From Felis catus (taxonomy: Eukaryota): a stretch of DNA of 64,000 nucleotides. This document shows, piece by piece, positions 33,601 through 44,519 of this stretch (positions are counted from its first letter, which is position 1; the number at the start of each line of letters is the position of its first letter). The position numbers and the translations under genes were made by a program. The notes beneath the pieces were generated by a model, which was not told where the DNA came from, ran no database searches, and worked only from the letters and a program-made list of their open reading frames with translations. The DNA lies in NCBI RefSeq assembly GCF_018350175.1, contig NC_058368.1:172796001-172860000 (forward strand), read 5' to 3'.

Positions 33601-36600
33601 TGTTTGCTGGTGTCTTTGAGGAAGGAAAGGTGTCTCTGTAGCCAGTGATCTCTTTGTTACAACTGTTTCCTCTTGGAGAAGAAGACCCTGAGAGACCATG
33701 GGCCCCATCCCATCTTGGGCTGGGATCAGGATGCAATTTTAGAATGTAAAGCAGTCATTCTCAAACTCTAGTGTGTATTAAAATGACCAGTAGGAAACCA
33801 CCTCCAGAGATTCTGGCTCAGTAGGTCCAGGATGGGGTCTGAGGCTCTCCATTTCTAACAAGTTCTCAGGCAATGCTGATGCACTGGTCCATGGACCACA
33901 TTTTGAGTAGCATTGCTGCAGAGACCAACTTCATCCTCCCCCCCCCCCACCCCCCACGTACAACTCCGACTTCTCTGGGAATCCAACCATTAGTGAAATA
34001 GAAAAAACTCTCCTTTCAAAATGACTCTTGCAGTGGTTTCCCTTGGTCTTCCTACCTTCCTAGCAGCTCCTCCAGTTTCCTCCTCATCTCCTACCCACAC
34101 AAGATGGCCTCCACCCCTCCCTGACTCTGCCTTTCCCTCTCCCACATCTCCCCAGATCCAAACCCACATAGCCAACTTCCTGCTAACATCTCTGCCCAAA
34201 TGTCCCACAAGCCCTTTGAACTCAGCCAGTCCCAAGGAGAAGTCACCTCTGCCACTACCAGAGCAAGGCACCAAACCAGTTTCCCTACATCCTGTCTTTC
34301 TTCCCACTACCTGGGCTCCTAGCACCAGGGCCCGATCATCCCCCCTTCCCTTTCTCTCTCTCACATCCTCTTCCCACTAGTCCTGTCACAGGGACCACCT
34401 GTCCCTTTGTTACATCCCCACTGGAAACAGGTCTACAAACATCTCTCCCAGGAAGCCTCTCCCTGCCCTCCTATCTGGGATCTCCCTCTGTGCTCCCCAC
34501 TCTCACCTGGGAACACTCAGGTTCCATATCTGTGAGCCAGAGCACATTTAAAAATCAGGAGTTTTACATAAACTCCTGTGATGCCTCAGCTACCCAGAGC
34601 TTCTCCCCAGCATGACAACTTTGGCTGGCATTGAACAGCAACTGCCTTCCCTACAAGGGGCTCATGCTCTGTTCAGAGGTCTCTGAGGCCAGTTTGCCAC
34701 ATTCATGTTACTTATGGAGGCAAGTGCTGCTCCAGACCGCCTGAGTTCAATTTGTGCTGTGTGACCTTGCACAAGGCACTTCACCTCTCTGTGCCTCAAT
34801 TTCTTTCTCTGCAGAAATGGGGCAAATACTTCTCCTGATTTCAAAAGATTCCTGTGATTAAATAAGTTAAATATATAGATAAGGAACTCAGAACACTATC
34901 TGATATGTAGTAAACTTTCATGGAACATTACTATTATTGCTGCTGTTACATTAGTCTTGACCATGCTCCACTTTGAGTTTGCTAGCCCTGCTATGGAGCA
35001 CAGGTGTTGGGGCCTGTCAGACTCAGAGTCAAATCCCAGCTCTGCCCTTTTTTACTCTTACGCCCTCGGGCTCCTCCCTAAGCCTCATCTCCCACCTAGA
35101 ATGTGGAGGTGAGACGTTACTGGAGAGGAAAGTTAGCACAGTATCAGAGCGTGGCCGAGCGCCGAGCCCATTGGCCAGCGTACCAAGCCCCTCCTGGGGG
35201 CTTACCAGGAGAGGGGCGCCCTCTCCTGACCCACCCCAGCCCTCGCCCTCCTGCCTCTGCACCCCCCATGTGGTGGCTTCTTCCCTTCTTCCGGGTCAGC
35301 TCCAGGGGCTGCCAGAGAAAGTCCCAATTCCTGGGTTGCATGAGGAGGACGAGTTGAAACCCAGGGTAACCTCCAGCTTGCTCCTTCCTTTCCTGGCAGC
35401 CCTACTCATGCCACACGTGCCAGCCTCAACTGCTCTGCGGCTTTGCCACCCTCAGGGCTGCTCTCACCACCCTTTGCATGGGTCTTTTGGAACCATCCTG
35501 CCTTCCCCTCCGGGGTGGCCGCATGGCCACCTCTTGCCCCCCTACCGTCCCCCACTCCTCGCCACTGGCCTCTCTCTGGCCTGCCCTCCATCCTGGGACT
35601 CAGATCCACGCACTAGCTCAGAGCCCCCACTGCTGCTGCGGCAGGCCTGGAGCTACAGACTGGGTAAAGGCGCCTGGGCAGAAGCCAGCCCACACTCCTA
35701 TTTTGTTTTATTCTTGACCTTGTGTGGAATTGCCTGTGTGTGTCTTTAGGTGGGACTGGCTCTCAGGTGGTGGCCAAGCTCCCTGCCCTGGGAAGTGGAG
35801 CAGCTGCTGTGTTAACAGTCGAAGTGCAGCCCGGGGCCTGACTAATGAATCCCTTCAGTCTCCCCCATTTCCCTCCTTCTCACTGCGCCCTACACTTTAC
35901 CAAACTTTTCTAGGTTCCCCACACCCCTTCACACTCCTGCTTCCTGCTTCACTGCTTTCTCTTGCTGCGCGTCTGCTCCTGCTCCCCTCACTGAACTGAC
36001 TGCTCTCCCGATCTCTACTCGCTGACATCAGTCACCTACAAACACCACCAGTTTCCCTGAATCCTCCTGCCTACCACACTGCTGTCCACCCACGGCTAGG
36101 CCTCTCTCCTTATCATTTGGTAGCTCCTAGAGGGCAGGTCTGGTTTACAGAGGGAGCCAACCTGAACTCCCTCCCATGAAGCACCCTCCTTGCTCTGGTG
36201 CTAGCAAGCAGCCATCAGGACCCTAGCAGTCCTCCTCTGCCATCCCATGAGGCCCCAGCACCTCCTTCGGCAAGGATCCTTTACCTCTGAACGCCCCATA
36301 TCTGTGGCCGGCAGATTCTCGGCCCCTCTTGCCCCACTGGTTGTTGATATGTATAGTTGGGTCTGAGATGGGGTAGGGAGAGAGATCCAGAGGTGGGAGG
36401 GAGTTAGGATAGAGTTCAATTTCAGGTCAGCCACTCAAGGGCAAGCAACGTCTTCCTCTGGACCTCGGTTTCCCCCTGGGTAGAAGGGGGCTCGGCATTT
36501 CCAACTCCTTGGGGCTGCTAGGAAGGGTGAGCGAGTGTGTGAAAGTCACTGGCATGGAGCCGTCAGGAGCTCTGCTGACCAGGGCTTCCACCTGCCTAGG

Positions 36601-39600
36601 CTGCCAGGCTTAGGGAAGTTGTGCTGAGCAGGGCCTGCCTTGCCTCACCCCGACTTGCCTGAGAAGTGGTGAGTGAATGGGAGAAAAGGGGAAGAAAGGA
36701 TGAGGAAGGGTGTGGTGGAAGGTGAAACTCTGACCCATGGTCAGGCTTCAGTTTGCCATAATTTTTTTCTTAAGCCTGGCAGAACCGCTGGTATCTAAGA
36801 ATACTAAGGTGAGTGTGGAGGAGCAACATTTCTGAGCTCCACTTGTGTGGCAGGCACTCTTGGACAATACACATCCATGTTCTCACTCACTCTATCCTCA
36901 AATCCTTATCCTGTGTGGCAGGTATTACTACCCCCATTTTACAGACGAGGAAACCTAGGCCCAAAGAACTCACACAGTGGGGAAGGGGCTGAGCTGAAGT
37001 TAAAATCCAGGTGTGCCTGACTCTGGAGCCTGAGTTATTTCCTCCACCAAGCTGCCTCCCTGGGTGGGCAGGAGATGTACCAGGGGAGCTGGCAGGCCCA
37101 GGGTCTTAGCCCTTTGGACACAAGTGGGCAAAGTCAATCAGGGGTAAAGAGCCCAGGGGGTCCTCTTGAACTCTGCCCTCTGTAGTGGTCAGACCTCAAA
37201 GGAAGGGGCGAATTATTTAGCATCTTCTGTGCTGGGCACTCTGTACCATCATCTCATTTCATCCTAGTTAGGGGAAATGGAGGCCCCAAGATCCTCTCTG
37301 GGTATGTGCACAGAGAACCCTGGGTGCCTGGCCCCTTCAGCCTGAGCTGATCCTGTGGAGCTGAACCCTAGCCCCGAGCTGGATGCCAAGAATACAGACA
37401 GAGCTACAGTAGGCTCTGCCTTGCAGGTCTCCCCAGATGGGATGACTACCTGGGCTCCCTGAGAGTGACAGGATATGATAACCCCTCCTCTCCAGGCTTT
37501 AGGCCCAGCTTCCCCTTAGGCCATGTCCCTGTACAAACACCCTGTGTTTCCCCACATCCAGATGCTTCCCCATGCCATCCCCTCCTCCAGATGGCATATC
37601 CTTTCAAGAGCTTCCTACTACGATGCACAAAATGAGACAAGAAGTCAGTTCTCCCTCCTCGGGTCCTCCTCAAGCTTTCTCTACCCTGGACCCATGGCTC
37701 TTACCCAAATCTGAATTCTCTTCTGGTATTTGTACCCATGTCTTTTGTGCCTTGCCAGACTGGGAGCTGCTTGAGGGCAGGGGCTAGGATGATGGGTTTG
37801 GGTCTTCAGTGCCTAGGACAGGGCCAGCATAGAGCAGACCTATGGAGGGGTTGCTGAATGAATGACTGCATGAACAAATGAAGTGGCAATTGGGGTTGTG
37901 TAATGATGTCTCTGGGAGGGGGCTGGGAGCCATCTCTACGTGACAGGTTTCATTGCAACTGCCTGACAAGCTGAGTGGCAGAAAGCCGAGGCTGACAAAT
38001 GAAGCTGCCTCAGCAGGGAGTGATGGCAGCGGTGGGTGGGGTGGTTGCAGGGGGAAGAGGGGGAGGACAGAGCCAGGCAGTTCTGGGAGGTGGGAGAGCA
38101 AAGGCATTGAGTCAGATAGTCTGGGTTCAGATGCAGGCCCCTCTACCTACTGGCTGCCTTCAGCATGTCAGTTACTCCTCTGAACCTCCCTCGAGAGGTT
38201 ACTCATGGAAGGAGCCCGACTCCTGGTCCATAAGTGCTGTGCCACAGATGCTGATGCCTGTCTACCCCTCCCCATGACAGTTGAGCATGGCCTTAGAAAG
38301 CTGACCAATGGCCAGCAAGAAGCCAATCTGTGACCCTCAGGATTCCAACAGGTGACAAAGAGAGTTCAGAACAGGCCCAGGAAGGGCAAAGATAAACCTG
38401 TGTGTGAAGGTTGCTGCAAGGAGCCAGGGCATCTATGAGCTTTCCAGGGTTGGGGGCAGTGGGTGCCCTCCCTGCTCTGAATGGCTTTTGGGTAGAGAAG
38501 CCATGGGCTGATGTGGCAGGGGCAGAGGCAGGGTCTGTCCCTGGGCATCCTCAGTTGCCCTGAAGTCCTGGGCACTGCTCAAAAGCACCAACCCAGCACC
38601 AACCCACCCCATCTGGGGTGGTCATGGGAGTGGCCCAGTGTCCTTGGCCTGCATACCCTAGTGTCATGTCTCTGGGTTGGAGTGAGAGGACCATAGGTTC
38701 TTGAACTTTCAAAGTTAGGTTTATGGCAGAGACAGTGAGGTGGGGACTGGGTCAGCTTGGAGGGGTTTGCCTCTCTCCCACCAAGCTAGCCTGGGGCTGG
38801 GCAACAAGGAGACACTAGACAAAGGAGAGGTGGAGAAAAGCCTTAGGAATTAGTAGGGAATTAGGAGGGTGAAACCTCAGTTCCTGAGTGAGGCAGGGGA
38901 TCCATGAAGAGGTACTGAGAATGAAGGGAGGCATGGGGCTGACATTTATGGAGCCCCCACAATGGGTCAAGGGCCTCATATTCATCATTCTACTTAGTCA
39001 TCTCAACAAGATGACTTTAAGATCTGTTCCAATTTCCTCATTTTATAGGTGAAGATACTGAGAGTCAGAGAGGACCCTAGTATGGGTCAGAGAGGACCCC
39101 TAGTAAGGGACACAGAGCCAAGAGTGGAATCCAGGTCTCTCTAGACCCATTGGCTTTGTCCCATAGTCCTAGGCTGGGGCTAGGTTGGAGGCTAGGACAC
39201 CGTCTGGCCTTCCTGGAGATGGGGTTCTGCCAAGTGGGCTGGTATCCTAGGGAGGAAAGGCCTAGTACAGCCTGCCCCATTAGCTGAATGAATAAAGAAG
39301 ATGGACTGTCTGAGGGAAGCTCTGATTTGGAGGCCAAGCAGCCAGGGAGAGGCTTCAGGGGGTGGGGCAGCAGTAATAGACAAGGCATCCTAGTGCCCAG
39401 CTACTCCCACCCTTCCCGGTAGCCCAGGAATAGAAAAGACAAGATGTACCAAGCTGGCCTGAGCCTACTGACCCATCCCAGGCTGCCCAAAGACTACTAG
39501 TTCTGGCATGAAGCCTCTGGAGCAGGTCTAGCTAAAGGGCAGTGACTCACTTGAAGGTTGCCCTTTACCTGACTTCGGGCATCAGGACATGGGATGAGTA

Positions 39601-40016
39601 GGGGAAGGCTGAGGCTAAGTGAGATGTGGAGGCCTGGGCCTCTGGGGGTGTGTGCAGGGGTCAAGGGCCATGCTAGATCTCCCAGCCCAGATGGTGCCAA
39701 AGTGGCAGGAGAGGGAGCAGTGGGTACCAGAAGCCTGTGACCACTGTACTCTGCTGTCATGCCCAAGGTTGCCTTAGGTCCCCAGCAGGGCCATCTGGAA
39801 GGTCCTACAGGAAGGGCACCAGGTCCTACTACCTGCTCCTGTCTGTACCCAACTTCTCCCGCCCACTAGCAGCATGCAGGCTCTTCCCCAACCCTGCCGG
39901 GTGTGCCTCCTGGGCTCCACCCTGGGTGTGCCCACCCCCTCCCCCGGGCCTGGCCTGGAGCCCACACTCACCATGCGCCCGTTGGGGACGCCCAGGTGCT
40001 TGGGCTTCCCCGGCAT
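27052..40016 (-). CDS. RGS14: Regulator of G-protein signalling 14 (RGS domain, tandem Ras-binding domains, GoLoco motif), 567/568 aa, 15 exons
   Basis: Exons 40016-39972, 33112-33091, 32922-32744, 32389-32297, 32211-32068, 31645-31502, 31384-31273, 30971-30859, 30361-30158, 28446(or 28443)-28370, 28146-28020, 27937-27856, 27754-27708, 27628-27514, 27254-27052 sum to 1707 nt; all GT-AG and phase-compatible. Confidence 0.97.
27514..27628 (-). CDS. RGS14: RGS14 exon 14 (115 nt)
   Basis: tcgcag|GGCGGC...TTGAAG|gtactt; ...[10 protein letters not shown]. Confidence 0.93.
27708..27754 (-). CDS. RGS14: RGS14 exon 13 (47 nt)
   Basis: ccatag|GGGTGA...AGCCAG|gtgagt; [15 protein letters not shown]. 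Confidence 0.9.
27856..27937 (-). CDS. RGS14: RGS14 exon 12 (82 nt)
   Basis: ccacag|CCAGGC...TCCCAG|gtagag; [27 protein letters not shown]. Confidence 0.95.
28020..28146 (-). CDS. RGS14: RGS14 exon 11 (127 nt)
   Basis: gtgcag|GCTCGA...TGCCTG|gtgagc; [28 protein letters not shown]. Confidence 0.95.
28370..28446 (-). CDS. RGS14: RGS14 exon 10 (77 or 74 nt; tandem CAG/AAG acceptor)
   Basis: ccgcag|AAG|GCTCTG...CTTCGA|gtgagt; (K)[24 protein letters not shown]. Confidence 0.94.
30158..30361 (-). CDS. RGS14: RGS14 exon 9 (204 nt)
   Basis: aatcag|AGCCAC...GAGCAG|gtgtgg; [27 protein letters not shown]. Confidence 0.95.
30636..30671. repeat. (CA)18 microsatellite in RGS14 intron 8
   Basis: Read directly. 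Confidence 0.95.
30859..30971 (-). CDS. RGS14: RGS14 exon 8 (113 nt)
   Basis: ctctag|AACTGG...TCTGAG|gtgagc; [28 protein letters not shown]. Confidence 0.95.
31273..31384 (-). CDS. RGS14: RGS14 exon 7 (112 nt)
   Basis: ccgcag|AAACCG...GCAAGG|gtgagg; [18 protein letters not shown]. Confidence 0.95.
31502..31645 (-). CDS. RGS14: RGS14 exon 6 (144 nt)
   Basis: ccgcag|ATCTTC...AGGAAG|gtgcgg; [19 protein letters not shown]. Confidence 0.96.
32068..32211 (-). CDS. RGS14: RGS14 exon 5 (144 nt)
   Basis: caacag|CTGGCT...CTCCAG|gtgagt; [24 protein letters not shown]. Confidence 0.96.
32297..32389 (-). CDS. RGS14: RGS14 exon 4 (93 nt)
   Basis: caccag|GAGTTC...CAGCAG|gtgggg; [21 protein letters not shown]. 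Confidence 0.96.
32744..32922 (-). CDS. RGS14: RGS14 exon 3 (179 nt)
   Basis: ctacag|AGCTGA...TTCACT|gtaagc; [26 protein letters not shown]. Confidence 0.95.
33091..33112 (-). CDS. RGS14: RGS14 exon 2 (22-nt micro-exon)
   Basis: ttgtag|GTTCTGGCTGTCTCAGATGGAG|gtaagt; VLAVSDG. Confidence 0.92.
33752..33917. mobile_element. MER5-like MITE
   Basis: CAGTCATTCTCAAACT...CATTTCTAACAAGTTCTCAGG...GGACCACATTTTGAGTAGCATTG. Confidence 0.7.
39972..40016 (-). CDS. RGS14: RGS14 exon 1 coding part (45 nt)
   Basis: GGCATGC start context; [15 protein letters not shown] then gtgagt. Confidence 0.95.
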
Positions 40017-40027
40017 GCCGTTGCTGT

Positions 40028-40060
40028 TCACGAGTCCCTGCCGTGAGGAGTGCCCACCAT
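40028..40060 (-). promoter_or_regulatory. Upstream ORF in the RGS14 5' UTR (MVGTPHGRDS*)
   Basis: ATG GTG GGC ACT CCT CAC GGC AGG GAC TCG TGA, ending 11 nt before the main ATG. Confidence 0.6.
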
Positions 40061-40184
40061 GGGGACTGTGGGCAGCCCCGGCCAAAGCTTGCACGGTGGC
40101 AGGCAGGCAACAGAGAGAGCCCAGCTCCGCTCCTGTGGGCCTTCACATCCTGAAACACCAGCTCACTACCTCTTTTCTCTGCCA

Positions 40185-40215
40185 CAGGAAGTGTCTCTAT
40201 AGAAACCGAACCACA
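40185..40215 (-). promoter_or_regulatory. RGS14: RGS14 proximal promoter / probable TSS region with ETS and RUNX motifs
   Basis: CAGGAAGT at 40185-40192 and AACCACA at 40209-40215, about 170-200 nt upstream of the ATG. Confidence 0.5.
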
Positions 40216-40257
40216 GAAAGAAGCAAGGTCTAAGTGAGCGCACGCCTCTTCCTACAT

Positions 40258-40258
<1 letters not shown>

Positions 40259-40294
<36 letters not shown>
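40259..40294. repeat. (CA)18 microsatellite
   Basis: Read directly; followed by about 650 bp of degenerate CA/TG-rich sequence. Confidence 0.95.
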
Positions 40295-40298
<4 letters not shown>

Positions 40299-41224
40299 CA
40301 CATGCGCACACACACATGCCACAATGCACCCTTAGCAGTGCCCCACACTGTCACCAACACATCGCCAGAGGCCTGTATGTGTCCAGGAAGTGGCCCAGCC
40401 TGGTCTGGCCCAGCCAAGGGAGCTCCAAGTTCATGTCTGGGCACACAGAAGTGTGTGCTCACACCCTTAGTCACCTTTTTGCACCTTGACAGGGGCTTCT
40501 GTGGACATGTGTACATGTGCACCAAGTATGCACACATGTATTTTACTCAGGACACACTTATCTCACCCCTGCTGTGTGCCAGGCATGTGCACACTCAATA
40601 CCCCTCCCCCAGGCAGTTGTGTGCATGCAGAGGTACTATCTCTATTCCCAGATACTTCCCAGGCATGTGCCCACATGTACAGACAGATGGCCACTTTGCA
40701 TGCATGGTCATATACACACAGACCATCCAGGTGTGCATGTTATAAACACACACTCTCCCTTCATTAGAAACACTTGGGTGTATGTACAGTCCCTTGGACA
40801 GGGACATGTGGCGGGCACAACTGCATATAGGTGTATAAATAGTCAGCCACCCCAGTGACATGTGCAAGCAGGTATGCACATGCTTACCCACCCAGGCAAC
40901 GGAATGGATCAGTTGCATCTGTGTTTGACATGTGTGCATTCATTTCCACCCACATAAAAGTTCCACCTTGGTGTAGTACTGTCGACTGAAGAGTGACACC
41001 ATGCCTTCCCAGCCCTGACCCAGTGCCAGCTGAACTCAGGCCCTTTAGCCAGAGTCCTCAGTTTGCCTCGTTCTTACACAGGCACATACCCACTACAGGA
41101 CTTGTTTTACCCTAAGTACGGGCTTAGAGCCCTCATGTCCCCCACCACTCTGGTTTGGGCGCCTCTACTGTTTTCTACCCTTTACGCTACTGCCCTCTTC
41201 TAGGGCCATGACCTGAACCCTTCA

Positions 41225-41646
41225 GTGGCAGAAACTAACTGACTCTTCACCACAAATTCATGTCCTCTTCCTCCTGGGCACATGGTTAAACTTTAAATTC
41301 CCAGGCTCATTTGCAGTCAGGTGTGGCCATGTGACTAGTCCCACCAATTAAATGGGAGTGAGATGATGTGCACCATTTCTGGGCCAAGACTTTTAAGTAG
41401 TATGTGCCCTCCACATTCTCTCTTTCCCCTTTAGCTTGGCTGGATGCAGAAGATGATGAGGCTTTAAGGGATTGTGGAGCCACAGAAGAAAGGAGACAGG
41501 GTCTTTGTATTAGGGCACAAAGGCAAGCCACCCATTAACCAGAAACACTAGCTTTGTGCTGTTATGAGAGTGAGGAATAAACTTTGAGCTGTTATACACA
41601 TTAAAGTCTATTTTTGATAGCAGCTAGTGTTACCTTACTTAATATA
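41225..41646 (+). mobile_element. LTR16-like ERVL solo LTR
   Basis: CTTCCTCCTGGGCACATGG, TTGCAGTCAGGTGTGGCCATGTGACT, AATAAAC and terminal AGCAGCTAG..TTACCTTACT.AATA motifs. Confidence 0.65.
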
Positions 41647-43065
41647 CCTCTTCACTCAGCCCTGACTCACCTCTCTCCAGACACCTTGCTCCAGGCCACC
41701 CAGATAGAGGGATTCAGTCAGACTTGGTGTGTATATTGGGGGTTGATTTGGAGCCTGGAGCATTGCCAGCAGTGGTCTTAATAAGGTGCCATTGACATGA
41801 CAATGTCAATGTGCCTGTGAGGGTTTTATAGAGTGTATGATGTCAGTGGAGACTGCTTGTCTGTCTGCTGGGCTATGGACCTGGGCTGAGGCTTCATCAA
41901 GGGTGTTACCATTTACAGGGGCTTCTCCCAACTTCATTTGTTCCTCACAACCTCTTTGTGAGTGGTGCTCATTATTTACATTTTACAGATAAGGAAACTG
42001 AGACTTGGAGACAAATGAGTTTCCCAAGGTTACACATCAAGTCAGAGACAGTTGTGAATAAGTGTGCTTGGGTGCCAGGAGCTGCTCCTGGGCCATCACA
42101 AGCCCAGGTGCCAAGACCTCATCTTCCTCCCCGAAAAGGCCCATTTACAGTCTCTGACCCCTGCTAAGGTCATCCTCTCCTCTGCCCACCTCTGAACTAT
42201 GGATGCCAATTTTACCTTTGACCACATCTTTACCCCAGGGACCCCAGCCAACCCAGAACTTCCCATCTTTTAGTCCTTATCTAATTTTCTCCACTCCACG
42301 AGAGCAGTGGGGTACCTCCAGCCCACAGAACACTGTTCTCAGCTTATCTCTCCTTGGCTTCCCACAGTAGATCAATTTTTAATATCTGATCCCCCTTCCC
42401 TCTGGAGGCTTCCTGGGCTCAGGCCTTGTTGTCTCTCATTTGGCCATAATAACCTTCTATTCAGTCTCCCTACCTGCTATGCCCCTCCAATCTTTTCTCT
42501 TCACCATAGTCAGAGAAAACCATGTTGGCCCCTCCCATGCTTAAAACCATCCCAGTGCTTTCTGGAAAAAAGCCATGTTCCTTAGTTGGGAAATTGAAGG
42601 CCCTTCAAGTTCTGGCCTTAGCTATACCCTCCTCCACCTCTCCTCAGCCATTCTGAACTGCTTTCATCCCATATGCCCCCGAGCATCCTTCTGGGCCTTT
42701 GCATCTCCTGTTCCCTCTGCTAAGAATGCCTTTCCTTTTGCTGGTAAACTCCTACTCATTCTGCATGATCCAATTCCAGGTTTTAGAACAAATATTCATA
42801 TTTTTACTAATTATTAATCACCTCCTTTGTGCCAAGCACTGTTGTAGATGCTGGGGATGCAGCAGAAGTGGCCATAGCTGACAAAAATCCCACCCTTCCT
42901 AGAGGTCTAGTGGAACATACATATTCTTGTTTGTATAGATATAATTTCTGGAAGGGAATACCCCTAGGGAGGGGAGTGGCAGGGAACTTTTGTTGTATTA
43001 TATTTCTGTATTATGTATACGAGCATATTACTTTAATAGTAAGCTTATTAAAAATATGTGATCCA

Positions 43066-43288
43066 GGGGCGCCTGGGTGGCGCAGTCGGTTAAGCGTCCG
43101 ACTTCAGCCAGGTCACGATCTCGCGGTCCGTGAGTTCGAGCCCCGCGTCAGGCTCTGGGCTGATGGCTCGGAGCCTGGAGCCCGTTTCCGATTCTGTGTC
43201 TCCCTCTCTCTCTGCCCCTCCCCCGTTCATGCTCTGTCTCTCTCTGTCCCAAAAATAAATAAACGTTGAAAAAAAATTTAAAAAAAAA
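43066..43288 (+). mobile_element. Young Can-SINE (SINEC_Fc-like)
   Basis: Intact Pol III A box (TGGCGCAGTCGG) and B box (GAGTTCGAGCC); perfect TSD AAAAATATGTGATCCAG. Confidence 0.95.
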
Positions 43289-43675
43289 TATGTGATCCAG
43301 AAAAGATGTCTCAGCACTTAACCCTGATAAATTCATTCATCCCAAAGGGCAGCTTCTTTATTAACCAGGAGTCAGCTGCTTAACTGATTGAGCCACCCAG
43401 GTGCCACAAGGGACAGCTTCTTTAAATAAAGGAGCAACCAACAAGGGATCCCCACCTCCCCTCTGATCTGTAACAGCGGTCATTAATTCATATGTCTAGA
43501 GGGGCCAGAGTTACTATAAATTAGTGGCCAGAGGGGAGGCTAGCTCAGCACAGGAAAGCTTTTGTGGGGCCTCATGGGCCTAGTGTGGTTGGATCTTCAG
43601 ATTTTCCTGAAAAACTAGAAATTTGGATTTCTAATATGAATTTAAGTCTCTCAGTTTAAAAATATTGAGGGGATT

Positions 43676-44327
43676 GGGGCGCCTGGGTGGCTCAGTCGGT
43701 TGAGCGTCCGACTTCCGCTCGGGTCATGATCTCACAGCTCCTGAGTTCGAGCCCCGCGAAGGGCTCTGTGCTGACAGCTCAAAGCCTGGAGCCTGCTTCG
43801 GATTCTGTGTCTCCCTCTCTCTCTGCCCCTAACCCACCCGCATTGTCTCTCTCAAAAATAAATAAACGTTAAAAAAATATATTGAGGGGCACCTGGGTGG
43901 CTCAACTGGTTAAGTGTCCGACTTCAGGTCAGGTCATGATCTCGTGGTTGGTGAGCTGGAGCCCCGCATCAGGCTCTGTGCTTATGGCTCAGAGCCTGGA
44001 GCCTGCTTTAGATTCTGTGTGTGTCTCTCTCTCTGCCCCTCCTCTGCTCACGCTCTGCCTCTGTCTCTCAAAAATAAATGTTAAAAAAATTTTTTTAAAT
44101 AAAAAGTAGATAAAAATATTGAGCGGCCCCTGGGTGGCTCAGCTGGTTGGGTGTCGGTCGCTTGATTTTGGCTTAGGTCATGATCCCAGGGTCATAGAGC
44201 CCCCCCAGTAGGGCTCCACTCTGGGTGTGGAGGCTGCTTAAGATTCTCTCTTGCTCCCTGCCCCTCCCCGACTCAATTCTCTCCCTCTCCCCCCCCAAAC
44301 CCCCACAAAACCCAAACCAAACCAAAA
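43676..44327 (+). mobile_element. Three tandem Can-SINEs (43676-43878, 43886-44105, 44121-44327)
   Basis: Three SINE heads, each preceded by ATATTGAG. Confidence 0.9.
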
Positions 44328-44519
44328 ATATCGATATTTGAATCATGTATTGAAATAGCATGAGCAGGTAAAACAGAGCCCTATCCGGCTGTAGGCCAGC
44401 AGTTTTTGACCTCTGTCCCACAGTCAGCTTTCCTCAACCTTTAAGGGCTGCTGCTTCCAGCTGCAGCAGATGGGCACTAACATGGTTTGGATCCAGATGG
44501 GTCCCAACTAACACTGGGG

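Noticed and set aside
34973..35749. 258-aa ORF in RGS14 intron 1
   Set aside because: TTG start, 5' part overlaps MIR-like sequence, Pro/Leu/Ser-rich composition reflects a C-rich strand, no splice or domain support
40017..40094. In-frame N-terminal extension of RGS14 from a GTG at 40094
   Set aside because: Near-cognate start without evidence; RGS14 proteins as I know them start at MPGKPK, and an out-of-frame ATG intervenes
43066..43150. tRNA gene
   Set aside because: The A and B boxes belong to a tRNA-derived Can-SINE head followed by the SINE body, (CT)n and A tail; the same applies to the other copies
43090..44109. Recurrent short ORFs such as [17 protein letters not shown]... and ...[19 protein letters not shown]
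   Set aside because: Translations of Can-SINE sequence, not a gene family
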